A program made the translations under genes and the position numbers. 64,000 nucleotides of DNA from an uncultured Pelagibacteraceae bacterium (GTDB taxonomy: Bacteria; Pseudomonadota; Alphaproteobacteria; Pelagibacterales; Pelagibacteraceae). The stretch lies in contig CACJYR010000001.1 in the NCBI GenBank assembly GCA_902597675.1, positions 7,659 to 71,658 of the forward strand, given 5' to 3'. Shown here piece after piece: positions 1 through 9,274 of this stretch. Every line of letters starts with the position of its first letter. The stretch's first letter is position 1. Below the pieces are notes generated by a model, which searched no databases, was not told where the DNA came from, and saw nothing but the letters and a program-made list of their open reading frames with translations.

Positions 1-81
1 TGATGCTTTTGTAGGATCATTGCTCACTCCAACCATTGCGATCTTTTTATATTTTGAAAGGATTTCTTTTATATCATTCAT
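1..81 (-). CDS. CoA-binding protein (YccU-like), N-terminal part only; runs off the window
   Basis: Hand translation from ATG at 81: MNDIKEILSKYKKIAMVGVSNDPTKAS, matching the IAxVGxS.xP start of small CoA-binding proteins; ATGA overlap with the upstream gene. Confidence 0.75.
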   Translation of the reverse strand, partial: MNDIKEILSKYKKIAMVGVSNDPTKAS

Positions 82-263
82 TGTTTATTTTGGATTTTTT
101 GCTTACAGAACTCTTTAGCTTCTTCAACCGTCATAGAGGTATCTAATTTTTTACTCCCAGCAATACATGCTTCAATTGCTTTATTTTGATTATGGCCTCT
201 AAAGTTATAAATAACAATTATTCCAATTATTAAAAAAAAAATAAGTAAAACATTTTTTTTCAT
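78..263 (-). CDS. Small hypothetical membrane-anchored protein
   Basis: N-terminal hydrophobic helix, two Cys; overlaps both neighbouring genes. Confidence 0.7.
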   Translation of the reverse strand: MKKNVLLIFFLIIGIIVIYNFRGHNQNKAIEACIAGSKKLDTSMTVEEAKEFCKQKIQNKQ

Positions 264-1039
264 TATCTATTTTTCCATTTTGGCTCTCTTTTTTCTAAAA
301 AAGCTGAGATCCCTTCTTTGGCATCCAAAGCCATCATATTTATCGTCATCATTTTACTGGTATAAGCGTACGCTTTTCTAAGAGGCATCTCTAATTGTTT
401 ATAAAATGTTCGTTTTCCAATTTTAATTGTTAGATTTGATTTAGATGCAATCTTTTTTGCAATTTTTAAAACCTCATTATTTAATTTAGATTTTGAAAAA
501 CAATCATTTATTAAGCCAATTTCTTTTGCAAAATTTGCTTTGATTGGCTCACCTGTAAGTAACATTTTCATCATTGGTTTTTTATTAATTTTTCTACTTA
601 CAGCAACCATTGGCGTACTACAAAATAATCCAATATTTACGCCAGGAGTTGCAAATAATGCATCTTTAGTACTATAGGCTAGATCACAACTAGCAACTAA
701 CTGACAACCAGCAGCATAGGCTGCTCCATGCACTTTAGCGATAACAGGTTTATTACCCTCTACTATTTGAAGCATTAACTTAGAACACAGATTAAATAAT
801 CTTTGATATTTGTTTCTTACCTTTAAACCTTTTACTTCTTTTAGGTTATGTCCCGCACTAAAACCTTTTCCAGCACCTTCAATAATAATTACTTTTGTTT
901 TTTTGTCTTGATCAAGTTTTTTTAGAACTTTAATTAGATCATTTAAATTTTTAAAAGATAATGAATTATATGTTTTAGGATCATTAATTTGAACTATAGA
1001 TATACCGCTGGATAAGTTCTTCACTAATATATTCATCAA
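263..1039 (-). CDS. Enoyl-CoA hydratase/isomerase (crotonase) family protein
   Basis: FSAGHNLKE, PVIAKVHGAAYAAGCQLVASCD, EGISAFLEKREPKW motifs. Confidence 0.93.
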   Translation of the reverse strand: MMNILVKNLSSGISIVQINDPKTYNSLSFKNLNDLIKVLKKLDQDKKTKVIIIEGAGKGFSAGHNLKEVKGLKVRNKYQRLFNLCSKLMLQIVEGNKPVIAKVHGAAYAAGCQLVASCDLAYSTKDALFATPGVNIGLFCSTPMVAVSRKINKKPMMKMLLTGEPIKANFAKEIGLINDCFSKSKLNNEVLKIAKKIASKSNLTIKIGKRTFYKQLEMPLRKAYAYTSKMMTINMMALDAKEGISAFLEKREPKWKNR

Positions 1040-1044
1040 AAATT

Positions 1045-1419
1045 CTATTTGAGTTTGCCTTCTTCTCTCATTTTGGCTCTTATTTTCGTTGCCGATATTT
1101 TTTGTATTTCCTCTGACAACACTATCTCTTCAATTTTGTAACCAACCCCTCTACCATAACAAATATTTGTAATATTAGGGACTAACATAATTTTAAAACG
1201 ACCTTCAAACTCTGGATTAAGTCTATCTTCTATATTTTTTTTGACTGTATCAAAATCGAAAGGATTATCATCTACACCTTGTACATCTCTTATTTGAATA
1301 CAAACTTGTCCTGTTTTTTTGACAATTTCTTTAAATAAGGTGTAATGGCCATCGTGAAATGGTTGCCATCTTCCTAACATTTGTGCTGTTGGCTTTTTAT
1401 TATCCCACTGATATGTCAT
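1045..1419 (-). CDS. HxGH-family nucleotidyltransferase (cytidyltransferase-like)
   Basis: GRWQPFHDGH and C-terminal ISATKIR signatures. Confidence 0.85.
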   Translation of the reverse strand: MTYQWDNKKPTAQMLGRWQPFHDGHYTLFKEIVKKTGQVCIQIRDVQGVDDNPFDFDTVKKNIEDRLNPEFEGRFKIMLVPNITNICYGRGVGYKIEEIVLSEEIQKISATKIRAKMREEGKLK

Positions 1420-1826
1420 TTTTTTATGTCCTTATATATTTTTGGTGCCCAATTTTTAGCATCTTGTGTAGTAACATGAAAGTTATACTTGTCTGGTTTG
1501 ACAAACATCTTATTAGTATCATCAAATCTACCCTCTTTAATAGTATCAACCCAAATAACATAATCTGAGGGAAATAAGCTTCTGGCCTCTGGTGTTGGGC
1601 AGATAAAATCTGCAACAACATAGTTCTTATCTTTTCGAAGTTTTAAAGCAAAATCAGCCATCCTTTTTGCTTGTCTTTTTCTTCCTTCTTCAGAAAAATC
1701 CCAATCATTTGCCTCTTTTCTTACTTCATCTGCGTTAAGCCTTTTTGCATTTAATAATGGTGCAAGTTCATTAGCTAAAGTAGTTTTACCTGACCCAGGC
1801 AAACCCATTATCAATATTATTTTCAT
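1416..1826 (-). CDS. Short P-loop kinase, adenylylsulfate kinase-like
   Basis: Walker A GLPGSGKTT; LNADEVR and DFSEEGR resemble CysC-like segments; only 136 aa. Confidence 0.8.
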   Translation of the reverse strand: MKIILIMGLPGSGKTTLANELAPLLNAKRLNADEVRKEANDWDFSEEGRKRQAKRMADFALKLRKDKNYVVADFICPTPEARSLFPSDYVIWVDTIKEGRFDDTNKMFVKPDKYNFHVTTQDAKNWAPKIYKDIKK

Positions 1827-2452
1827 TAACTTACTTTATATAATCCAAGCCAAGCATTTACATCTTTACTTGCAATGTAATCAGATTTAAAAAATTCAAT
1901 TTCTTCCCACTTATTATATTTTTTTAACGTTTCAATTTTTTTATCAAAGCCATACTCTTCATAAATTCCCTCATTTATGGTAAAACAAATTAATCCATTA
2001 CTTTTTGTAATTCTTATAAATTCGTCTAAGGCTTGTGGTTTAACATGACCAAAAGTAAATGTTCCCACGCACATTGTAGCATCAAAAAAATTATTATTTA
2101 TATTAATTGGTTTGTTTAAATCAATTTTGATTAATTTTTGATACAAATTTTTAGGTATTGTGTCTAATAATTTTTGTGATAAGTCAGCACCATGGAAATG
2201 TTTAAAACCAAATTTTTTAAGTTCTAATCCTACTAACCCAGAGCCGCAACCCGCATCAAAAATAGTCATATCTTTATTTAACGCATATTTTTTAAAAACT
2301 TCTACAGTTTCTTTAGGTCCTGTATAATTCCAATCAACCATATCTTTGTTGTATTTGTTCCCCTTACCCCACTCGTCATAGTATTTCATTACTTCATGAG
2401 TAGTTTTGAGTTTATAAATAGGAACTTTATTTCCAACGTCTTTTTGAGCCAT
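1826..2452 (-). CDS. Class I SAM-dependent methyltransferase
   Basis: Motif I FDAGCGSGLVG, GADLS, FDATMCVGTF. Confidence 0.9.
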   Translation of the reverse strand: MAQKDVGNKVPIYKLKTTHEVMKYYDEWGKGNKYNKDMVDWNYTGPKETVEVFKKYALNKDMTIFDAGCGSGLVGLELKKFGFKHFHGADLSQKLLDTIPKNLYQKLIKIDLNKPININNNFFDATMCVGTFTFGHVKPQALDEFIRITKSNGLICFTINEGIYEEYGFDKKIETLKKYNKWEEIEFFKSDYIASKDVNAWLGLYKVS

Positions 2453-2487
2453 AAATAGTATGAGATTATATTACACGATTAATTTCT

Positions 2488-2516
2488 TTGACAGCATTTT
2501 CAAAAAATATAATCAT
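2488..2516 (+). promoter_or_regulatory. Candidate sigma70 promoter of metF, possibly giving a leaderless mRNA
   Basis: TTGACA at 2488-2493; TATAAT at 2508 (14-bp spacer) or AATCAT at 2511 (17-bp spacer); ATG at 2523 with no Shine-Dalgarno. Confidence 0.4.
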
Positions 2517-2522
2517 CATTAG

Positions 2523-3251
2523 ATGAATTTTTCTTTAGAAATTGGGCCTCAGACAGATCTGGATACTGTCCCTGATATAAAAGATATTTATATCACTATG
2601 CTACCTGGGGGAGATTATAAAGAAACAGCTCAACAAGCAGTTGAGTTAGTAAAGAAAGGTTTTAATCCAGTTCCTCATTTTCCAGCTCGATCTATGCAGG
2701 ATGAAAAACAGCTTAAAGATTATGTTTCGAGATGTAAAGATGGTGGCGTCAAACAAGTTTTAGTTATAGGAGGAGGAAGAGAGCCAATGGGAAAATTTGA
2801 CAGCTCTTTTCAACTTTTGGAGACTGGTTATTTTGAGAAGATGACGATAGGAATTGCTGGACACCCAGAGGGGAGTCCTGATATATCCGACTCAGATTTA
2901 GAAAAAGCTATGAAAGATAAAAAGCCTTACGCTGATTATATTGTAACTCAATGGTTGCTGGATCCTCAGCCAATTATAGACTTTATTTCTAAACAAAGTG
3001 TACCAGTGCATGTGGGAATTACTGGGCCTCTAAAAATATCTAGCTTAATAAAGTTTGCTAATATCGTTGGTGCAAAAAATTCCTTAAATTTTCTTAAATC
3101 TAATTTTAGTAAGGCGTTAGATTTATTAAAACCTAAAGACCCTAATGATTTAATTGGGAAAATTAAATCGCACACTGATTTTTTCCACATTTATACATTC
3201 GGCGGCTTGAAGGAAACTAACAAGTGGTTGAAGGAGAATAGTTATGTCTAA
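2523..3251 (+). CDS. metF: Methylenetetrahydrofolate reductase-like flavoprotein
   Basis: PVPHFPAR, IAGHPEG, IVTQW, HIYTFGG motifs; coupled to a GcvT-family gene. Confidence 0.85.
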   Translation: MNFSLEIGPQTDLDTVPDIKDIYITMLPGGDYKETAQQAVELVKKGFNPVPHFPARSMQDEKQLKDYVSRCKDGGVKQVLVIGGGREPMGKFDSSFQLLETGYFEKMTIGIAGHPEGSPDISDSDLEKAMKDKKPYADYIVTQWLLDPQPIIDFISKQSVPVHVGITGPLKISSLIKFANIVGAKNSLNFLKSNFSKALDLLKPKDPNDLIGKIKSHTDFFHIYTFGGLKETNKWLKENSYV

Positions 3252-4602
3252 AGAATTTGACTATACTAATTTAAAGCATGTTACTTCTGTAGATCAATCA
3301 GATCGAAAAGTACCATATAACTTAAGACAAAGTGGACCAACAAAAGTTGAAATGTTAATTTCAACAAGAGTAAGAAAATCACCTTATTGGCATTTATCCA
3401 TGCAGGCAGGTTGTTGGAGAGCAACAGTTTATAATCGAATTTATCATCCAAGAGGTTATGTAAAACCAGAAGATGGTGGAGCGATGGTTGAATATGATGC
3501 AATTGTTAATCATGTAACTATGTGGAATGTTGCAGTTGAAAGACAAATTCAAGTTAAGGGTCCAGATGCAGAAAAATTTGTTGATTATGTGATTACAAGA
3601 GATGCAACAAAAATTTCACCAATGAGAGCAAGGTATGTAATTTTATGTAATGCTTATGGTGGGGTTTTAAATGATCCAATTCTTTTAAGAATTTCAAAGG
3701 ATGAGTTTTGGTTTTCATTGTCAGACTCTGATATTGGTTTGTACTTGCAAGGTGTGAACGCAGATGGAAGATTTAATTGCACTATTGAAGAAATCGACGC
3801 TTGTCCCGTTCAAATACAAGGTCCAAAATCAAAAGCTCTAATGAAAGATCTTTTAGGTGATCAAGTTGATTTGGAAAATATGCCGTTTTATGGTTTAGCT
3901 GAAGTTAAAGTTGCTGGGCGAAGTTGTGTGATTTCTCAATCAGGTTTTTCTGGAGAAGCTGGTTATGAGATTTATTTAAGAGATGCAACTTTATATGCTG
4001 ATGATATGTGGAATGCTGTGCTTGAGGTTGGAAAAAAACATCAGCTAATGGTTATTGCACCTGCTCACCACAGAAGAATCCAGGCTGGCATTTTGTCTTG
4101 GGGTCAAGATATGGATCAACAACATAATCCCTATCAATGTAACTTAGGCTACCAGGTTTCTTTATCTGGAAAAGGTGAATGGAACAAAACTTCTGATTAC
4201 GTTGGTAAAGCGGCTCTAGAAAAAATGGGTAAAGAACTTAAGGACGGTAAGAAACCATACGCACTTCAATTAGTTGGATTGGAGTTAGGTGGAAAACCAA
4301 TTGATGACTATGCGCCAGATTTTTGGCTAATATCAAACGATGGTGGTGGAGATCCAGTTGGTTTCATTACTTCACCATGGTGGCATCCTGAAAAGAAAAC
4401 AAACATTGCAATGGGATATGTTCCTTTTGATGGGACATTAAATGCAAATGGATTTCCGAAAGGTAAGGTTGGAACTAAATATAAAGTGCATTTACCCGAA
4501 AAATACTCTGATACTCCGGGTAAGCCTGTAGATGCAGTTATAGTCGATATTCCATTTAAAGAATCTTTCAACGCTAATACAAGAGAAGTTTCAAAAGGTT
4601 AA
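3244..4602 (+). CDS. GcvT-family THF-dependent aminomethyltransferase/demethylase, substrate unknown
   Basis: GPDAEKFVDYVITRD, QIQGPKS, SGFSGEAGYEI, RRIQAG motifs. Confidence 0.88.
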   Translation: MSKEFDYTNLKHVTSVDQSDRKVPYNLRQSGPTKVEMLISTRVRKSPYWHLSMQAGCWRATVYNRIYHPRGYVKPEDGGAMVEYDAIVNHVTMWNVAVERQIQVKGPDAEKFVDYVITRDATKISPMRARYVILCNAYGGVLNDPILLRISKDEFWFSLSDSDIGLYLQGVNADGRFNCTIEEIDACPVQIQGPKSKALMKDLLGDQVDLENMPFYGLAEVKVAGRSCVISQSGFSGEAGYEIYLRDATLYADDMWNAVLEVGKKHQLMVIAPAHHRRIQAGILSWGQDMDQQHNPYQCNLGYQVSLSGKGEWNKTSDYVGKAALEKMGKELKDGKKPYALQLVGLELGGKPIDDYAPDFWLISNDGGGDPVGFITSPWWHPEKKTNIAMGYVPFDGTLNANGFPKGKVGTKYKVHLPEKYSDTPGKPVDAVIVDIPFKESFNANTREVSKG

Positions 4603-4611
4603 TTTGATTTT

Positions 4612-4631
4612 GGGGGAGTTTACTCCCCCTT
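4612..4631 (+). terminator. GC-rich hairpin after the GcvT-family gene (terminator or stabilising stem)
   Basis: GGGGGAG-TTTA-CTCCCCC, 7-bp stem, weak U tract. Confidence 0.6.
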
Positions 4632-4639
4632 CATCCAAA

Positions 4640-4744
4640 ATGACAAAAGGTTTCTTAATAGTAATTTGCATTCTTATAGCTATTGCTTTAATAATATTCC
4701 CATTAATCGTATCTTACAAAGAGCAAAAAAATAAAAAAAAATAA
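4640..4744 (+). CDS. 34-aa single-pass membrane protein, not in the ORF track
   Basis: MTKGFLIVICILIAIALIIFPLIVSYKEQKNKKK; its TAA abuts the next ATG at 4745. Confidence 0.6.
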   Translation: MTKGFLIVICILIAIALIIFPLIVSYKEQKNKKK

Positions 4745-5287
4745 ATGTTCGGTGAATTTCTAAGTATTATTTTAAAATCTATCAAACTAGATAAAACACT
4801 TTATTCCGATAGTAAAAATTTTGGTGAAGCCTCAGTTTATTTTGCGGGTATCATTATGATTTTAGATGGTATAGCTGGGGCAGTTGCTGCAAACACAGTT
4901 TTTAAAACAGCCGTTGCAATGTCAGGAGTGACTGCAATATTAACTTGGTTTGTTTGGGCAATATTAATTTTTGTTATTGGGGTAAAACTATTTCCTGATA
5001 AAAATAGTAAAGTTCCATTTAAAAAAGTATTAATTGCAGTTGGTTTCGCTCACGCGCCTGGTCTATTAAGATTTTTTGCTGTGACACCAGAATTAATGAT
5101 ACCTATAATTTTTCTTACACAATTTTGGATTTTTGCTGGATTAATTATTTCGACGCGACAAGTTCTTAATCTTAAATCAAATTTAAAATCATTTGGAGTA
5201 GTCTTTATGTCATTTTTGATTATTGTCTTTTTATCTATTTCATTTGTAATAAGTCGAATGAACGCCTTACCGATCAATCATATTTAG
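4745..5287 (+). CDS. YIP1-like multi-pass membrane protein
   Basis: About five TM helices; GFAHAPGLL segment typical of bacterial YIP1 family. Confidence 0.7.
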   Translation: MFGEFLSIILKSIKLDKTLYSDSKNFGEASVYFAGIIMILDGIAGAVAANTVFKTAVAMSGVTAILTWFVWAILIFVIGVKLFPDKNSKVPFKKVLIAVGFAHAPGLLRFFAVTPELMIPIIFLTQFWIFAGLIISTRQVLNLKSNLKSFGVVFMSFLIIVFLSISFVISRMNALPINHI

Positions 5288-5442
5288 ATTGGAAAAATTG
5301 TCTTAGAAACTCTGCAAGACTTACAAATTTTAAAACCAGTTAGAATCAAGTTTTGAGTAACACTTTCATGCTGTTCTTTACATTCATCACAAATATCATC
5401 TAAATCCTTTAGATTTTTTTCTATTTCTTTATCCTCAGTCAT
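5284..5442 (-). CDS. 52-aa zinc-ribbon-like protein, not in the ORF track
   Basis: MTEDKEIEKNLKDLDDICDECKEQHESVTQNLILTGFKICKSCRVSKTIFPI, two CxxC pairs; start overlaps the upstream stop (ATGACTGA). Confidence 0.7.
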   Translation of the reverse strand: MTEDKEIEKNLKDLDDICDECKEQHESVTQNLILTGFKICKSCRVSKTIFPI

Positions 5443-6046
5443 TATCAGTCAAACCAGCTCCCGCTGCACCCTTTTTTAAACTATCAGTTTCCTCTACAAA
5501 TGTATCCTCTGCAAGTTTGTAGAGATTTTTCCAATCTTGATCTGAAAAGTTATCTTCATTGTTTAAAAAACTTATTTCTACTTTTTTTGCTAACTTTGGC
5601 ATTTCTTTATCCCATATATTAGAAGAGATACTCACATTAAAATTCAATAAAAATTTACAATCATCAAATGAAATTAATAATTTTTTCCCAATTATTTCTG
5701 AAGCTCTACTTAAAAAAGATAAAAGTAGCAATGGATAAGCAAGATTTTCAACTGAACACTTTTTTAAATTCTCGATGTTTTTTACTTGGTCAATAAAATT
5801 AACACCTAACATAATTGGACAAAAAGACGATCCATCTGATTTGTTAATTTTATCGATTAGTTTTATCTCTTCAAAATTTTCTTTTTTTTTATTTTGATAA
5901 TATTGATTAAGATGCTTGATCGCTGGAAAACCAAATAATTCAGATAATCTTATAGATTTACCAACTTCCTCTGCTATACCCCATGAATAACCAGCAGCTC
6001 GACTTGCCCTCTTAGCTGTAGTTTCTATCTCACTTAAGGATTTCAT
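5435..6046 (-). CDS. DUF3726-like protein
   Basis: N-terminal SLSEIETTAKRASRAAGYSWGIAEEVG and C-terminal GAAGAGLTDND. Confidence 0.75.
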   Translation of the reverse strand: MKSLSEIETTAKRASRAAGYSWGIAEEVGKSIRLSELFGFPAIKHLNQYYQNKKKENFEEIKLIDKINKSDGSSFCPIMLGVNFIDQVKNIENLKKCSVENLAYPLLLLSFLSRASEIIGKKLLISFDDCKFLLNFNVSISSNIWDKEMPKLAKKVEISFLNNEDNFSDQDWKNLYKLAEDTFVEETDSLKKGAAGAGLTDND

Positions 6047-6049
6047 AAT

Positions 6050-7711
6050 TTAAGAATGGGTTTTATAAACCCATTGCTCATCATAATCTTTTAATTCATT
6101 TGGGAGTGGTGCACCTTGAAACATACATATCCTCAACCACTTGTCAGATCTTGGATCAAATTTTAAAGCTCCAAAAAAAGATAACTTTAATCGTAACATA
6201 TCAATTGGAACTAAATTTTCTCCAATTGTATTATCTTGTATTTCTGAATATGGAAATTTTTCAATAATGAAGGCTCTTCTAACAACATGTCTCAAATCAG
6301 AATTATCAATCAAAAATTGATTAATCTTTAAATTATCTTTTAAAGGTAATAATCTTTCATATAGTTTTTTTATATCTCTAGCTATTGCCAAGGGTTGCTC
6401 TAAATCTGCACCATTTTCCTCAAAACGATTAGCTAATCTTGGTTCCTCCTTATTTTTTGAAATAAACCAAAATTTATGATTGCTCTCTTCTATATTAAAA
6501 TTAATCTTTAAAATATCCGAATATTTATTTTCTAAAATCTTTTTCAAATCTCCGATATTACGTTCAGTTGGAATATTAAAGTATTTTTCTTCCTCCGAGC
6601 TCATTTGCCCAATCAATGGCTGAATTATATCACCAAATGGTTCCATCATGATTGAGACAACGTATTCAATACACTCCTCACAAGTTTCTTTCTCTAGCCA
6701 AAGATAAATTTCATTAAAAGGATAATCTTTTTGAAAATCAAATTTGTTTTCTAAGAAACTGATGAATTTTTTTATATCTTTTAGCAAAAGTTTAATTTTT
6801 TTGAGTTGATATTCACTCTCTGTATTCCAGCTAGTTATATTTTTAAGAGAACTTTTCACACAATCTTTAAATAGATCTCTATCTTGTGTTTTAACAATTT
6901 TAATTTCTCTAATTTTTTTAAGTGCAATTTCTCTACTGAGTATCCAATTATTTAATAAAGTTGGATGATTGACAATAAATGGGGCCATTCCTAATCCAGT
7001 AGAATTTCCTATACCCAAATTTCTACAAATTTTAGGATCTAGTTTAACAGCTGAATTAGGATTTTTATTTTTTGCAACATGATTAACTTGATCAAACGTA
7101 AATTGTCTAACTAAATAAACTAACATCATCTCTAATCTGAATGGTCCGTTAATTTCCTCTCTATTTTTAATTCTGAATCGATCAGCTAAACCAAACTTAC
7201 CTGACCCATAAACTGCAGTCGTTCTGTATAAATATCCAACTTTTTCAAGTAGTTCTAAATCAGGTTGGTTTCCATTGCTTAAACTTTCAACAACATGATC
7301 AAATACCCTAACAGATTTATTTGCTCTAGATAATGTTAGCTCTTTGTAGGACAACCTACCGACTTCCTGTTTTGGAACTTCATTTCTTAATCTGTCAATA
7401 TCCTCTTTTAAAGGTACTCCATCATGTAATGTAAAAGCTGCATCCCACTTAGTTGCTATTACTCTATCTGATCTTTCATCATCATTAATTTTGTTCGCAT
7501 AACAGATTAAAGAATAAACCCTGTCTTTTTTTTTAAATGAATATACTGCTGTGCCATAACCCTCTTGGTCTAAATCAAACAAGTCTCTATTATATTGCCA
7601 ATCCTTAAATTCACTTAAAAAACTTCGTAAAAAAGATAATCTTGATTGATGAAATGAACCAAGTCTTGATAGCTTCATTATGATGTTTGGATCTCTTAAT
7701 TCTATATTCAT
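6050..7711 (-). CDS. Conserved hypothetical 553-aa protein
   Basis: Long ORF in operon; enzyme-like conserved-looking segments (RSDRVIATKWD, RTTAVYGSGKFG, GIGNSTGLGMAPF). Confidence 0.85.
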   Translation of the reverse strand: MNIELRDPNIIMKLSRLGSFHQSRLSFLRSFLSEFKDWQYNRDLFDLDQEGYGTAVYSFKKKDRVYSLICYANKINDDERSDRVIATKWDAAFTLHDGVPLKEDIDRLRNEVPKQEVGRLSYKELTLSRANKSVRVFDHVVESLSNGNQPDLELLEKVGYLYRTTAVYGSGKFGLADRFRIKNREEINGPFRLEMMLVYLVRQFTFDQVNHVAKNKNPNSAVKLDPKICRNLGIGNSTGLGMAPFIVNHPTLLNNWILSREIALKKIREIKIVKTQDRDLFKDCVKSSLKNITSWNTESEYQLKKIKLLLKDIKKFISFLENKFDFQKDYPFNEIYLWLEKETCEECIEYVVSIMMEPFGDIIQPLIGQMSSEEEKYFNIPTERNIGDLKKILENKYSDILKINFNIEESNHKFWFISKNKEEPRLANRFEENGADLEQPLAIARDIKKLYERLLPLKDNLKINQFLIDNSDLRHVVRRAFIIEKFPYSEIQDNTIGENLVPIDMLRLKLSFFGALKFDPRSDKWLRICMFQGAPLPNELKDYDEQWVYKTHS

Positions 7712-7713
7712 AT

Positions 7714-8679
7714 TTAAATAGTTTTATAAAAGTTATACCAATTGTTACCTAGTATTCCATTAGTCTCAGTCTCTGAAAAACCAACATTTTTTAAACCTGC
7801 TTCTAAGTTTTTAAAACCTCTTGCATCCTCAAACCAATTAGGCTGTTTAGGAAACCCTGGTTTATTTTTAGAGCCTTCTCCATAATTTCTATTTTTTGAC
7901 CATGTTCCATTTCTCATCCATTCAACAACCTCATCTGGTTGGTACAAACAAAGATCTGATCCTATACCAATATTATTAATATCCATTATTTCTGCTGTTT
8001 TAGCCACCATTTCACAAAAGCTTTCTAGAGAACAATTTGTATTATCCTTAAGGTGATGCGGATATAAAGATAAACCTAATATTCCTCCGCTTTCACTTAA
8101 AGTTTTTAGTAACTCAGAAGACTTATTTCTTTTTGCTGCATGCCAAAAAGATGGGTTTGCATGAGTTATTGCTATTGGTTTTTCACTAAACTCAATTGCA
8201 TCAAAAGTACTTTTTTCTGCTGAATGAGACATATCTACAACAATACCCACTCTATTCATTTCTCGGATAACTTCCCTTCCAAAATTAGTTACCCCACTAT
8301 CATTTTTTTCATAACATCCTGTCGCCAACAATGATTGATTGTTGTAAGTGAGTTGCATAAATCTACATCCAAGACTATGAACTTTTTCAACTAAATTGAT
8401 ATCATCTTCTATTGGAGAGCAATTTTGAAAACCAAAAAAAATTGCAGTTTTATTCTCATTATTTGCTTTTTCAATATCCTTAAAACTCTGGCCTAAAAAA
8501 ATTAAATCCGAATTTTCTTTAAATAAAGTTTGCCACTTACTTATTTCGATTTGAAGTTCGTCAAAGTCTTCATGATAAACTATTGTGACATGAACTGCAT
8601 CTAGGCCAGCCTCATGATTAATCTCAAAAACTTTTCTAGACCATTTGCAATATTGAAGGTTATCGATTTTAAATTTCAT
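7714..8679 (-). CDS. Membrane (renal) dipeptidase M19-family amidohydrolase
   Basis: RFMQLTYN, VDMSHS, ITHAN, GIGSD; start moved to ATG 8679 (MKFKID). Confidence 0.85.
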   Translation of the reverse strand: MKFKIDNLQYCKWSRKVFEINHEAGLDAVHVTIVYHEDFDELQIEISKWQTLFKENSDLIFLGQSFKDIEKANNENKTAIFFGFQNCSPIEDDINLVEKVHSLGCRFMQLTYNNQSLLATGCYEKNDSGVTNFGREVIREMNRVGIVVDMSHSAEKSTFDAIEFSEKPIAITHANPSFWHAAKRNKSSELLKTLSESGGILGLSLYPHHLKDNTNCSLESFCEMVAKTAEIMDINNIGIGSDLCLYQPDEVVEWMRNGTWSKNRNYGEGSKNKPGFPKQPNWFEDARGFKNLEAGLKNVGFSETETNGILGNNWYNFYKTI

Positions 8680-8773
8680 TTTGGTTAATTTGGCTAAACA
8701 TACCAAGTTGTTTTTTAAATACTATTTATTTTATTGAAATTTTAATCTAATTTTGAAATAAATATTCATCAAA

Positions 8774-9271
8774 TTGATCATGAAAAAGAATAAAAACCTC
8801 AAAGTTGCAATCGTCATGGGAAGCCAATCAGACTTCAAAACTATGAAATTATCCGCAAATATACTAAAAAAAATGGGTGTTCGATTTGAAACTAAAATTA
8901 TATCTGCCCACCGTACTCCAAAAAGAATGTATGAATTTGCAGAGAGCGCATCAAGAAATAATATTGGAGTAATCATTGCTGGTGCTGGTGGATCAGCACA
9001 TTTACCTGGTATGATTTCAGCTATAACCTCAATTCCAGTTTTAGGTGTTCCCGTTGAAAGTAAAAAGCTTAAAGGACTTGATAGTTTGTTATCAATAGCA
9101 CAAATGCCAAAAGGAATACCCGTTGGAACTCTTGCAATCGGAGTGGATGGTGCCATCAATGCTGCTTTATTAGCTGCAGCTATAATTGCAAACAGCAATC
9201 CCACTGTAAAAAAGAAATTAAATAATTGGCGTTCATCACAAACAAGATCAGTTAAAAAAAATCCAAAATAA
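8774..9271 (+). CDS. purE: N5-CAIR mutase
   Basis: IVMGSQSD, SAHRTP, AGAGGSAHLPGM, QMPKGIPV; start may be ATG 8780. Confidence 0.97.
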   Translation: MIMKKNKNLKVAIVMGSQSDFKTMKLSANILKKMGVRFETKIISAHRTPKRMYEFAESASRNNIGVIIAGAGGSAHLPGMISAITSIPVLGVPVESKKLKGLDSLLSIAQMPKGIPVGTLAIGVDGAINAALLAAAIIANSNPTVKKKLNNWRSSQTRSVKKNPK

Positions 9272-9274
9272 AAG

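Noticed and set aside
3244-4602. Calling this gene dmdA or gcvT
   Set aside because: Longer than and divergent from those enzymes as I recall them, and no gcvH/gcvP nearby; left at family level.
8731-9204. 157-aa antisense ORF over purE, and similar shadow ORFs (e.g. 4308-4571, 29556-29900, 37193-37549, 47825-48226, 49903-50406, 60015-60353)
   Set aside because: Lie opposite or inside well-supported genes, have no recognisable motifs, and are expected from codon bias.
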